Shown in pieces: positions 1 through 7,660 of a stretch of 10,448 nucleotides of DNA (positions are counted from its first letter, which is position 1; every line of letters begins with the position of its first letter). This DNA is from Amoeboradix gromovi X-113 (lineage: Eukaryota > Fungi > Sanchytriomycota), in contig JADGIF010000345.1 in NCBI GenBank assembly GCA_018985225.1, forward strand, positions 1 to 10,448, read 5' to 3'. The notes beneath the pieces were generated by a model. That model was not told the DNA's origin. It did no database searches and saw only the letters and a program-made list of their open reading frames with translations. The translations under genes were made by a program, and so were the position numbers.

Positions 1-137
1 TACAAAGTCTGGTACTCTAAAGAAAACTAATGTAGAAACCTGAACCTGTACAAAGTGTCATTTCAAGATGGATAGAGACCATATGGCAGCAAGGAACATG
101 TACATCAAATATCTGCATCTTTATTCAATCCCGCCTC
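1..137 (+). pseudogene. Fanzor/TnpB-family nuclease C-terminal remnant (zinc finger + RuvC-III), copy 1, runs off window start
   Basis: Frame +2 reads (C)TKSGTLKKTNVET*TCTKCHFKMDRDHMAARNMYIKYLHL, matching the CxxC..CxxC..DRDxNAAxNI C-terminus of TnpB/Fanzor. It has an in-frame TGA (41-43) and a Cys->Ser change. Ungapped 109/137 identity (manual count) to the reverse complement of 6655-6791. Confidence 0.85.
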
Positions 138-519
138 TGCCGAAACCCTCTATTTCATAGGAAGGAATACTTTTTATTGAGGAGATTGTACTCAACATTG
201 AGGAGGAAAGACCTTACGAAATTAGAGTTGTCGCATCTCTGCTTTGCGCTGTAACAGGTTCTGCTATTCTTATAATCTCATATTGTATGAAAATTTTCCA
301 GAAAAACTATCCAGACAAATCTTTAAGGTATGGTTTTTGTTTCCCATTCAAACATTGTGATTACGAAGACTATTTGCATATTTGCCCGTGTAATTAGCTG
401 CACGCTAGGCAGAGGTATTCTCGAGTGGCTCTTACCAATAAGTGTTCAGTTAAGGATTGCAAAGATCTTTGAGCATTCACAGCTAGAGTAGGCGATGATA
501 AATATATCAAGACTTTGCT

Positions 520-535
520 AATAAATGCATTTATT
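520..535. terminator. Bidirectional polyadenylation signal AATAAA-TGCA-TTTATT
   Basis: Perfect 16-bp palindrome 28 bp past the SET gene stop. A near-identical motif lies at 4090-4106 between convergent genes. Confidence 0.55.
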
Positions 536-563
536 TGATAAAATTCAAGTTTCTAAATCATTA

Positions 564-1778
564 CTATTTTGCTTTACCCTCAACCGTTTTTCTTTTTATT
601 AAAAAGCTCCATCTCTCTGTGTTCTTGCTTTCATCCGAAAGTATGTAAAATGGAAACAGCATTAGCAAATGCTGACTAGGGATAGAACACCACTCTAGCA
701 GCTCATCAGTCCTCGAAGCTGCTGCAATAGGGCACAGCTTGTAGAATATTGTAGCATAAAAATCTAACAAAGCATAAACAAATTTTATAACATGTTGAGA
801 AGGTTTTCTAAAATTATGAAAATAATAAAAAACATAAGCCTCCATAAATACTATTGTACACCAGTGTCTTGGACCTAGTTTTTTTGATGATCTGACTATT
901 AGTTCTGTCAGCAACGTACCATCTGCAGCGGCATTCGTATAAATTTGTTTTTCATAATTTGTTTTTATCTGAAATGCCTGGTTTTCAAGTTTGAAAGCTA
1001 GTTTAAGAGGTATCTCTTTTTCTTTATATACCCTCGCACAGTCCAGACATTTATAAGAGTTAATTATATCTACCTTGTCGTCTATATGGCTAAACTGATA
1101 ATAACAGATATCTCCACCACATGAGCTACAAAGAAAGCTATCGAATGGATCAAGCATGATGCATCTCTCACAGAAACAAGTAAAATGCATAAACTTGGAA
1201 ATGAATTCAATTCGAATAGATTTGGTCCAGAACAAATCAAAATCAGTTATATAAGATCTAGTGATTATATCGCCAGCTTTTATGGGCTTGGTGGCAATTA
1301 TTTGAACAGGCAAGCCGTCTTTCCTATCAATAAGAAACGTGTTGGGAGAGCAACTGTGCATCATTTTGGAAATCAGAGGAAACAATTTTAAACCGCAGCA
1401 ATCACAACCTACAGCATTCAGCATCAGTAGTGCAACGAACTGCAGAGCATCGTGGTAGGATAAAGAGGAATTCTGCGTTAGTTTATCTACTTGAACTTTC
1501 AAATACGTTATTTTTAAAACTGTTTTGTGGCACAACTGCTGATATTTAGGGAACAAATCAGGAATTTTAATTTCATAATCACCTTTCCAATTTTGCAAAT
1601 CACAAACAAATTCTTCTCGTTCGCTAATAACCATTTCTCCGATTTTATAATCTTTTTTTGCCTTGAGGTAAATTCCAATAGTCAGATCGTAGCAGACCTC
1701 GATATCGAATGGTTCAGCTAGTTTTTTTGTGATGTTTGTGCGAATCAATGCGGGTGAAAGAGTTTCTGGAGAAGGCAT
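564..1778 (-). CDS. SMYD-like SET-domain lysine methyltransferase
   Basis: 404-aa ORF with SET motifs: YLKAKKDYKIGEMVISE (N-SET), LFPLISKMMHSCSPN, ATKPIKAGDIITRSY, post-SET FTCFCERC, further CxxC pairs and LGPRHW. No clear MYND finger. Confidence 0.85.
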   Translation of the reverse strand: MPSPETLSPALIRTNITKKLAEPFDIEVCYDLTIGIYLKAKKDYKIGEMVISEREEFVCDLQNWKGDYEIKIPDLFPKYQQLCHKTVLKITYLKVQVDKLTQNSSLSYHDALQFVALLMLNAVGCDCCGLKLFPLISKMMHSCSPNTFLIDRKDGLPVQIIATKPIKAGDIITRSYITDFDLFWTKSIRIEFISKFMHFTCFCERCIMLDPFDSFLCSSCGGDICYYQFSHIDDKVDIINSYKCLDCARVYKEKEIPLKLAFKLENQAFQIKTNYEKQIYTNAAADGTLLTELIVRSSKKLGPRHWCTIVFMEAYVFYYFHNFRKPSQHVIKFVYALLDFYATIFYKLCPIAAASRTDELLEWCSIPSQHLLMLFPFYILSDESKNTERWSFLIKRKTVEGKAK

Positions 1779-1909
1779 TGTTTTAAGGGCAACTATTTAG
1801 GAACAACTTAAGCTGAAATTTGAGCAAAATGTATGCTCTGCCGCAACATAAAATGCGAAGAATTAATTGGGTTGAGCACCCAAAATGCGGTTCTCATGAC
1901 TGAAACAAC

Positions 1910-2545
1910 ATGCACCCTTTTTTAAGAGTTGATTTTGATAACTCTTCAACCGTAGACATGATCAATCAGTTGAGCAATGATACCTTACAGGACATCAAAG
2001 TTCAGGAAACGGAATCTAGTACTACTGGAAAGAGGTCGGTGAACTATGCAGATTCTGGTGTTGATAGCAGTAACGTTGATTTAAATATTCTGATGAATGA
2101 GATTGAACAAGAACTTCAGGGTAGTGTAGAAAAACCGGAAAAGAAAAATGAGTTTACACCAGTTAGTCACAATACAAAGTCTGTTGATCCAGTTTACAAA
2201 CAATACAATCCGCATCCATTCATGCTTAGTGACGTATCATTTAGCAGTAGTGTGCAACAGAAAGAGTACCTTGAGTTGTCCAATAGGAAATCGAACGAGC
2301 GTGATGAAATTGGATCATGTCCAGCACCTCCGCAATGTGATTACAGTCCTCCAAACCAATTCCTAGATGTAGCGAAGCCTGCGTCAACAATTAAAAGCGG
2401 ATCTTTTTATTCTAGTTCTTCTAATACCTCAATTATCTCCACCCAGTTTCCTAAAATAAAGCAATCTCTCATACTAACGGGATCAGAGACTGTGCAGCTG
2501 GAGCAAGGAATGCATAAATTGCTAGAACAGTATGGAATACAATAA
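1910..2545 (+). CDS. Hypothetical Ser/Asn/Gln-rich, probably disordered protein
   Basis: 211-aa ATG-initiated ORF divergent from the SET gene. Its stop codon is embedded in AATAAA (2541-2546), like neighbouring genes. No recognisable domain. Confidence 0.65.
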   Translation: MHPFLRVDFDNSSTVDMINQLSNDTLQDIKVQETESSTTGKRSVNYADSGVDSSNVDLNILMNEIEQELQGSVEKPEKKNEFTPVSHNTKSVDPVYKQYNPHPFMLSDVSFSSSVQQKEYLELSNRKSNERDEIGSCPAPPQCDYSPPNQFLDVAKPASTIKSGSFYSSSSNTSIISTQFPKIKQSLILTGSETVQLEQGMHKLLEQYGIQ

Positions 2546-2760
2546 ATTTAATATTTACTCTGATAAGAAAGACCGCTTGCAAACTAGGCTCTACTCCTCA
2601 TTGAGAATCCTGGTTTACGAGAAATTGTGCATATATACATAGAAGCTAACAAAACCAGTCTCTCTTTCACAATGGCTACTCAAGCTTCCAACAACATGAG
2701 GTGGGGATATACATGTATGTATCAAGTACAAGCTCCTTGTTCTGCTCGGTGTCCCATTAA

Positions 2761-2830
2761 CTTTCTCTGTGGAAATTCTCGATTTTCTCGGAAATCAGGA
2801 CTTTTAACGAGGAGCATCTAAGTAATAATT
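2761..2830 (+). repeat. Module B of the Fanzor-associated structured 3' element (candidate omegaRNA part / right end)
   Basis: 2762-2814 is 52/53 identical to the reverse complement of 6550-6602. It contains hairpins TTTC-N6-GAAA and GATTTT-CTCG-GAAATC and ends AACGAGGAGCATCTAAGTAATAATT. Confidence 0.85.
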
Positions 2831-3239
2831 TTCAAAATTAGCTTATAAGCAAATTTGAATCCCAGCTTAGCGTCCTTTTTAGCTATTAGCTGTTTGTGTG
2901 TTGCCCTTCTGTATTCAAACGGATTTTCTACCATCAATCGATCTAGAGTGCAACTTATCAAAGCAACTCCTCTCATATCATGCATTCTCTTTGAAGCATC
3001 CAGCTTTTTAAAGCTAACGCCTAACAAGAATTGAGTTTTCATTTCTTTTGCTGCGAACTGTCGCTTAAATCAAAAAAAAATTCTAGTTCGGCGAAACGAT
3101 TTCCGCGCTCTTCCCAATATAATGCTTTGATAAGTTTGACCCATATTGCTTGCCCTTCAAACTGTTTTCTATATATTTATCCCAGGGTTCAATTTTAAAA
3201 TGATTCAGACCCATAATCCCTGTTTTAAAGTTTGCAAAA

Positions 3240-4094
3240 ATGTTTCCTACTACATCGCATGATTCATTAGTTTCGGCAGAATATCAGCAAACAGGTAAGC
3301 CATTTGTCATAGGAGTAGCAGGTGGCAGTGCTAGCGGGAAAAGCGGATTTTGCGAACTAATACGGCAAAAAATGATAGAAGATTTTAATGTGGTTGAAGA
3401 CAACGTTTTGATTTTAAATGCAACCAACTTCTATAAGTCCTTATCCGATGCAAATATCACACTTGCAAAGGAAGGAAAATATAATTTTGATCACCCTTTT
3501 GCTATTGATTTGGACTTGTTGTGCAAAACTCTTAGAAGTCTTGTAAGCGGTAGAAGCACTGTTTTTTGTCGATACAACTTTGCAACTTTTCAACAAGAGA
3601 TAATTGGTATTCTTGAAAACACACCTAGCATTATCATAATTGAAGGAATTCTTGTTATATACTTTGAGAAGTTGAGGGATATTTTAAATATGAAAATATT
3701 TCTGGATGTAGATAGTGATACAAGATTAAGCAATACAGTCTTAAGGGATACTATTGACGACAATGATAGACTCATAAAGCCATTGGATCAGGTTTTAGAT
3801 GAGTGGCTCAATTATGTAAAACCCTCATTCGAAGATTATGTACTTCCGAGCAAGAAGTACGCAGATGTGGTGGTTCCTCGTGGGATTGAAAATGTTGTTG
3901 CCATTAATCTGATAGTTCAGCATGTTTATGAACTAGTCAAGAATGGCGAAGTAGGGAGGAGTAAAACTAGTGCGAGTCTTGGTAGCCTTGTAAACCTGGA
4001 AAAAATACCTGAAGAGTCGCTACCATTGTCTCCGAGAATGGAAACGTTTACTTTTGACAGTGGAGAGTCTATATACAAGCCAGTTCCAGAATAA
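3240..4094 (+). CDS. Uridine-cytidine kinase family protein (divergent active site)
   Basis: P-loop GVAGGSASGKS, NFDHP, IIIEGIL, KIFLDVDSDTRL and KPSFEDYVLPSKKYADVVVPRG..NVVAINLIVQH are typical UCK/Urk1 motifs. Confidence 0.92.
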   Translation: MFPTTSHDSLVSAEYQQTGKPFVIGVAGGSASGKSGFCELIRQKMIEDFNVVEDNVLILNATNFYKSLSDANITLAKEGKYNFDHPFAIDLDLLCKTLRSLVSGRSTVFCRYNFATFQQEIIGILENTPSIIIIEGILVIYFEKLRDILNMKIFLDVDSDTRLSNTVLRDTIDDNDRLIKPLDQVLDEWLNYVKPSFEDYVLPSKKYADVVVPRGIENVVAINLIVQHVYELVKNGEVGRSKTSASLGSLVNLEKIPEESLPLSPRMETFTFDSGESIYKPVPE

Positions 4095-4106
4095 ATGCAA
4101 TTTATT
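4090..4106. terminator. Bidirectional polyadenylation signal overlapping two convergent stop codons
   Basis: AATAAA (4090-4095) contains the UCK stop, and TTTATT (4101-4106) overlaps the stop of the membrane-protein gene. Confidence 0.6.
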
Positions 4107-4905
4107 AAAACGGCTTTTGCTTTAACCATCCTCTAATATTCCAAACAAATGCTAAAAGGAAACAGTATCTCATGGAGTTACAAAAGTTACTTACGGCGGT
4201 TTGGTTTGAGATTTCAACAAACATAACTGCTGCATCTAGTACATGAAAAGTTCGTTCAAGAATAAATGCAAAGTACCCCTGGCCTGACAATTCTTCATTC
4301 CTTAATGTGCACTCCTTGAAAAAAGGCCTCACCATCCGGAACGAGTACGCCGATGTAACTATAGAATTGACAGCTATTTGGCTGATAAATAGCCATGAAG
4401 CCAAAATTCTACCATTGCTATTGAATGAATGAATGCTACCAACCCATAAGCCATATATAGCAATGGAAAATAAAGCATCCATTAATAAGTATATGTTGAA
4501 ATACATTTGAGATTTCTTGTGTTTATCATTCAGATAGTTGTAAAGGTGTCTAATTGTAAAGTTGGCTAACACATGGCTTAAAATATAACCACCGACTCCA
4601 AAATGGACGGCTAGAATAATATTCCATGATAATAACCTTATTGTGTAGAGATATTGTGCTACATCACCGACAAAGTAGGTGAAAAGAGTAAGAAACAACA
4701 GCAAAGTAAAAGTTTTGCTAATTTTGTATCGCAGCATAAATACTACAAAAACTATTGCTGATGAAATTAGTATCAACGAAGCCGTTTTAAAACACAGCTG
4801 TCCCATGTTTTCGTAGCTGTAAGTTTGCAGTTCCTGATCTTCGTTGTTATCTGACATATTCAGAATATCACCAAATCTCTTCATTAAAGATTTTAAACCA
4901 ATCAA
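4105..4905 (-). CDS. Hypothetical multi-pass (about 5-7 TM) membrane protein; true start may be the downstream Met (MSDNN)
   Basis: 266-aa ORF with several long hydrophobic segments. Convergent with the UCK gene across a 10-bp gap that carries AATAAA on both strands. Confidence 0.7.
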   Translation of the reverse strand: MIGLKSLMKRFGDILNMSDNNEDQELQTYSYENMGQLCFKTASLILISSAIVFVVFMLRYKISKTFTLLLFLTLFTYFVGDVAQYLYTIRLLSWNIILAVHFGVGGYILSHVLANFTIRHLYNYLNDKHKKSQMYFNIYLLMDALFSIAIYGLWVGSIHSFNSNGRILASWLFISQIAVNSIVTSAYSFRMVRPFFKECTLRNEELSGQGYFAFILERTFHVLDAAVMFVEISNQTAVSNFCNSMRYCFLLAFVWNIRGWLKQKPF

Positions 4906-5384
4906 TCAAGGAAACATTGTTTGCACTAATTTTCTTCTCTTATTAAGAGTTATGCAAACTTTGTATCTTCCGCGAAATCGTTGCAACACGCATTCTCATC
5001 TAAATTCAAGACTACATTCAGTGGGACTAATGGCTCAATCTCAGAAGTCGTATCTTTTAATGCTGTTATACTTGCCATGGTTCCTATGACATATAAAGGA
5101 CTCTTTGGATGTTATCAGCTCAGGAAAAGCAACAGAAACTTCTACAAAGTTTTACTATAGTTCTTGTTTTGGTTACTGCAGTGTCCATTTTTATCACTCT
5201 TGTACCTACTACCATCATAGTGTATCACCTTTTATCAATTTCATTCGCTTCGCATATCCCGCCTTCTTTCTCTATCATTTTATTTCACATGCTTAGCGAC
5301 TTTTTGGTCGTGTAGTTGGATGTTATCTCTTTTTCTTTCGTCATCCCCTTTGCTCCTAGTCTACTTGTCATAGAGCGTACCCAC

Positions 5385-6011
5385 ATGATTAAGAGATGTT
5401 TTTGGAAATCTCTTGTTAGTAGATCCGAGAACTCTAAAGAATCCAGAAGAATTAAAGAGGAATTCAGCAAGGGATATTGGCATGATTTTAAAGTTCTGAA
5501 TTCAACAGGTGGCAAATTTTATGAGCCTAAAAATAAATTACATTTGGAAATCAAAGTCCCAGACATAGTTGTCATGAACTTAGAGTCGAAAAGGAGAAAT
5601 CTCCATTACTTTACACTGGGTCGACCAATTTTGCTCGGTGTTGTATTTAATGAATTCGGCAATACAGAACTGCAGACTTATAAAACGTTCTTTGATCAGA
5701 ACCTTAAAGGGATGGGAATTAGTTATGTTCATCTGAGTGTTGAAGAGACTTGGCTGAAATCAATGGTGCTGAGGAGCATGGTTCCGTCTTTAAGATCGAA
5801 GATACCTAAAAAGGAGCACACGTTGTATCTTTTGAGCGTTTATAAGAAGATTTATGATTTCAAAGAAGAGTTAGACATAAGAAACAAATACGTTCCTTGG
5901 GTCTATCTAATTAACAATAAAGGAATCGTTAGATGGACAATTCATGGAAAACCTACAGAGACAGAGTTAAAGTTGTTGGAAAGAATGGCACAGAAAATTG
6001 TGAAGGAATAA
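5385..6011 (+). CDS. ATP10: Mitochondrial ATP synthase assembly factor ATP10
   Basis: First in-frame ATG is at 5385 (the track uses TTG at 5316). Basic presequence-like N-terminus, EEFSKGYWHDFK..GGKF and C-terminal NKYVPWVYLINNKGIVRWTIHGKPTETE are characteristic of the ATP10 family. Confidence 0.85.
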   Translation: MIKRCFWKSLVSRSENSKESRRIKEEFSKGYWHDFKVLNSTGGKFYEPKNKLHLEIKVPDIVVMNLESKRRNLHYFTLGRPILLGVVFNEFGNTELQTYKTFFDQNLKGMGISYVHLSVEETWLKSMVLRSMVPSLRSKIPKKEHTLYLLSVYKKIYDFKEELDIRNKYVPWVYLINNKGIVRWTIHGKPTETELKLLERMAQKIVKE

Positions 6012-6013
6012 AT

Positions 6014-6517
6014 TTATAATCTTAAACTCCTCAAATACAAGTCAACTCTTTCTTCAAATAAAGGACTGTTTACCTTTGGACTCATTTCCAGTAAATTCTT
6101 ACCAGCCTTGTACAGTGCTTTTCTCTCTTTCATCGAAATTGTGGGCGTACTCAGCTTCTGTTGAGGATTCAATATGACAAAGGGCATAAAATAATGAGTA
6201 TAAATATATTGCAGACTTGCCCTCAATGAAGGTTCTGTAGTCGATGAACTTGGAGAAACAGTGAAAAATTCACTAGGCGAAGTAGTCAGTACAAACTTGT
6301 AACCGGTTGGTGTCTCAAAGTAGTGTAGTTTAAATGTGTCTGTTGAATGGCAAATATATTCACTATTTAGCTTCTTCATTGTGTTCTTCAAGGAAACAAC
6401 TAAGCCAAATATCAACTTTTGTAAATCTGATTCATTAACTGCATACTCTCCATTAAAGTACTTCTTCGTAAACACAGGTGCACAATGTCTATCGTAAATG
6501 AAAAGATGAAATAGCAT
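6014..6517 (-). CDS. BET5: TRAPP complex subunit Bet5/TRAPPC1 (sybindin-like longin domain)
   Basis: LFIYDRHC, KLIFGLVVSLK, FKLHYFETPTGYKFVLTT, LQYIY..FVILNP and NSPLFEERVD motifs. Confidence 0.9.
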   Translation of the reverse strand: MLFHLFIYDRHCAPVFTKKYFNGEYAVNESDLQKLIFGLVVSLKNTMKKLNSEYICHSTDTFKLHYFETPTGYKFVLTTSPSEFFTVSPSSSTTEPSLRASLQYIYTHYFMPFVILNPQQKLSTPTISMKERKALYKAGKNLLEMSPKVNSPLFEERVDLYLRSLRL

Positions 6518-6539
6518 TTAGAGTTTCAAAATTTATTGC

Positions 6540-6960
6540 ACAATAATTACTCCTCGTTAAAAGACCTGATTTCCGAGAAAATCGAGAATTTCCACAGAGA
6601 AACTAGCAATGTTAGATGCTCCGTTACAGTGATTGCTCACGCTTGCACTACCCTGAGGCGGGATTAAATAAGGATGCAGATACTTGATGTATATGTTCCT
6701 TGGTGCCATGTGGTCCATGTCCACTTCCAAATGACACTATGTACATGAATAGCTCTCCAAATTGTTTTTCTTTAGAGTGCCACATATTGTACATGGCATC
6801 AAATTTCCGTGTTTGGACCAGCTTATCAGTGTTGATGAATGTATGCTGCACCTGCTAGTTATTTCTTTAGAATTGATTTACACTTGCGAAAAGGAATAAT
6901 ATCGAGTATTTGAGCTATTAGAAAAATCTAGAAAAGTCATGAAATCATATAAAAATCCAT
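6540..6960 (-). mobile_element. Decayed Fanzor2/IS607-TnpB-like element, copy 2, with complete 3' modules A+B
   Basis: Minus-strand fragments: FLIAQILDIIPFRKCKSILKK* (6924-6859), LISWSKHG (6829-6806) and CTICGTLKKNNLESYSCT*CHLEVDMDHMAPRNIYIKYL (from 6793). These are followed by module A (~6674-6612) and module B (6602-6550). Stops and an internal deletion indicate a pseudogene. Confidence 0.85.
6550..6674 (-). ncRNA. Candidate Fanzor omegaRNA scaffold / right-end region (modules A+B)
   Basis: Overlaps and follows the nuclease 3' end, as TnpB/Fanzor omegaRNAs do. Contains a CCC-N6-GGG hairpin, a TAGTG/CACTG stem enclosing a GC-GTGA-GC (GNRA) tetraloop, AACGGAGCATCTAA, then the module B hairpins. 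Conserved in other copies. Expression is not shown. Confidence 0.6.
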
Positions 6961-6992
6961 ACAAATTCGCGATAAATGATATATTCAAGAAA

Positions 6993-7660
6993 ACAATAAT
7001 TACTGATCTATGAAATACTTTACTTGTCAGAAAATCAGAGACTTCCATAGAAAGACTGTCAGCACAATTAAATCATTTATAGAGGTTGCTCGTACTTTCA
7101 CTACCCCACGGTGGGTTGAATGTCGATGTACGGTTCAAGTGTATGCTCCACGCTGCTCAATGTTCCCTGTGCATTGCAAGTGACAGCTTGTACGTGTGTG
7201 TGTCTCCAAATTGGTCCTTTACAGAGTCCTACATCATGTGTGTGTTGTACTAGTTCAGGCTGCATTAGACTCCAATGTTTTCTCTTCTCAGTGGTAGGTG
7301 ACTTGATTTTTAGAGCATTTCTGATGCAAGAGAGTCTGTTCTGGATCTGCTAGGTATTTCTTGAACTAGGTAAGTTGTTGTTGAGATCACCTGTAGTTAT
7401 TGTTGTACACAAATAAGCAGCGTGTTCTATTTTTGTGCAATCAGAAAATCGTATGAAGAGAGGCTATGGGAACGATAAAAATGAAGCAGCCGCGATAATT
7501 GACTCGCTCAATTAAAACATACATTCTGTAAGATACTTTCACCGACCAGTACACAGATCATATTACACGTACCTATCCTTAAGCTTGTCCAGAGCCCCTA
7601 GTCTATCACAGCGAGCTGCCTCTTTCAAGTACGGGACACAGCGCAGTTGGGATACAAACA
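6993..7660 (-). mobile_element. Heavily decayed Fanzor/TnpB element, copy 3 (tandem with copy 2); 5' boundary uncertain, may reach ~8025
   Basis: Minus strand: possible RuvC-I AVID*GLWT (7612-7586), LLHQKCSKNQV (7332-7300), NAA*TSTTHT*CRTL*RTNLETHTRTSCHLQ (from 7266), then frameshifted HREH*AAWSI. These are followed by module A ATTCAACCCACCGTGGGGTAGTGAAAGTACGAGCAACCTCTA (7121-7080), partial module B (7054-7026) and AGTAATTATTGT (7004-6993). Confidence 0.7.

Noticed and set aside
12-35. Intron-like GTACTCTAAAGAAAACTAATGTAG (24 nt, same CTAATGTAG end as the BNA6 intron)
   Set aside because: It aligns codon-for-codon with zinc-finger coding sequence in the other Fanzor copies, and its removal would not eliminate the TGA at 41-43.
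1185-1721. Short + strand ORFs inside the SET gene (and similar nested ORFs at 2148, 3590, 3926, 4844, 5285, 8317)
   Set aside because: Antisense or off-frame shadows of well-supported genes with no independent evidence.
2762-2814. 2762-2814 and 6550-6602 as terminal inverted repeats of one 3.8-kb transposon
   Set aside because: The enclosed DNA includes housekeeping genes (UCK homolog, ATP10, BET5), and the repeat is the 3' module of elements lying outside that interval.
2818-3042. 74-aa minus-strand ORF
   Set aside because: No recognisable motif, and its 3' part overlaps the repeat modules; cannot be supported as a gene.
6648-6851. 67-aa ORF from the track
   Set aside because: It is an alternative frame of the Fanzor pseudogene; the conserved motifs are in a different frame.
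1-7300. Stop-codon reassignment as an explanation for in-frame stops in the nuclease relics
   Set aside because: TAA, TAG and TGA all occur at non-equivalent positions along with frameshifts, and host genes terminate normally at TAA and TAG.
7120-7353. Cys-rich 77-aa ORF on + strand
   Set aside because: Antisense shadow of the decayed Fanzor copy 3; the Cys richness comes from TG/CA-rich sequence.
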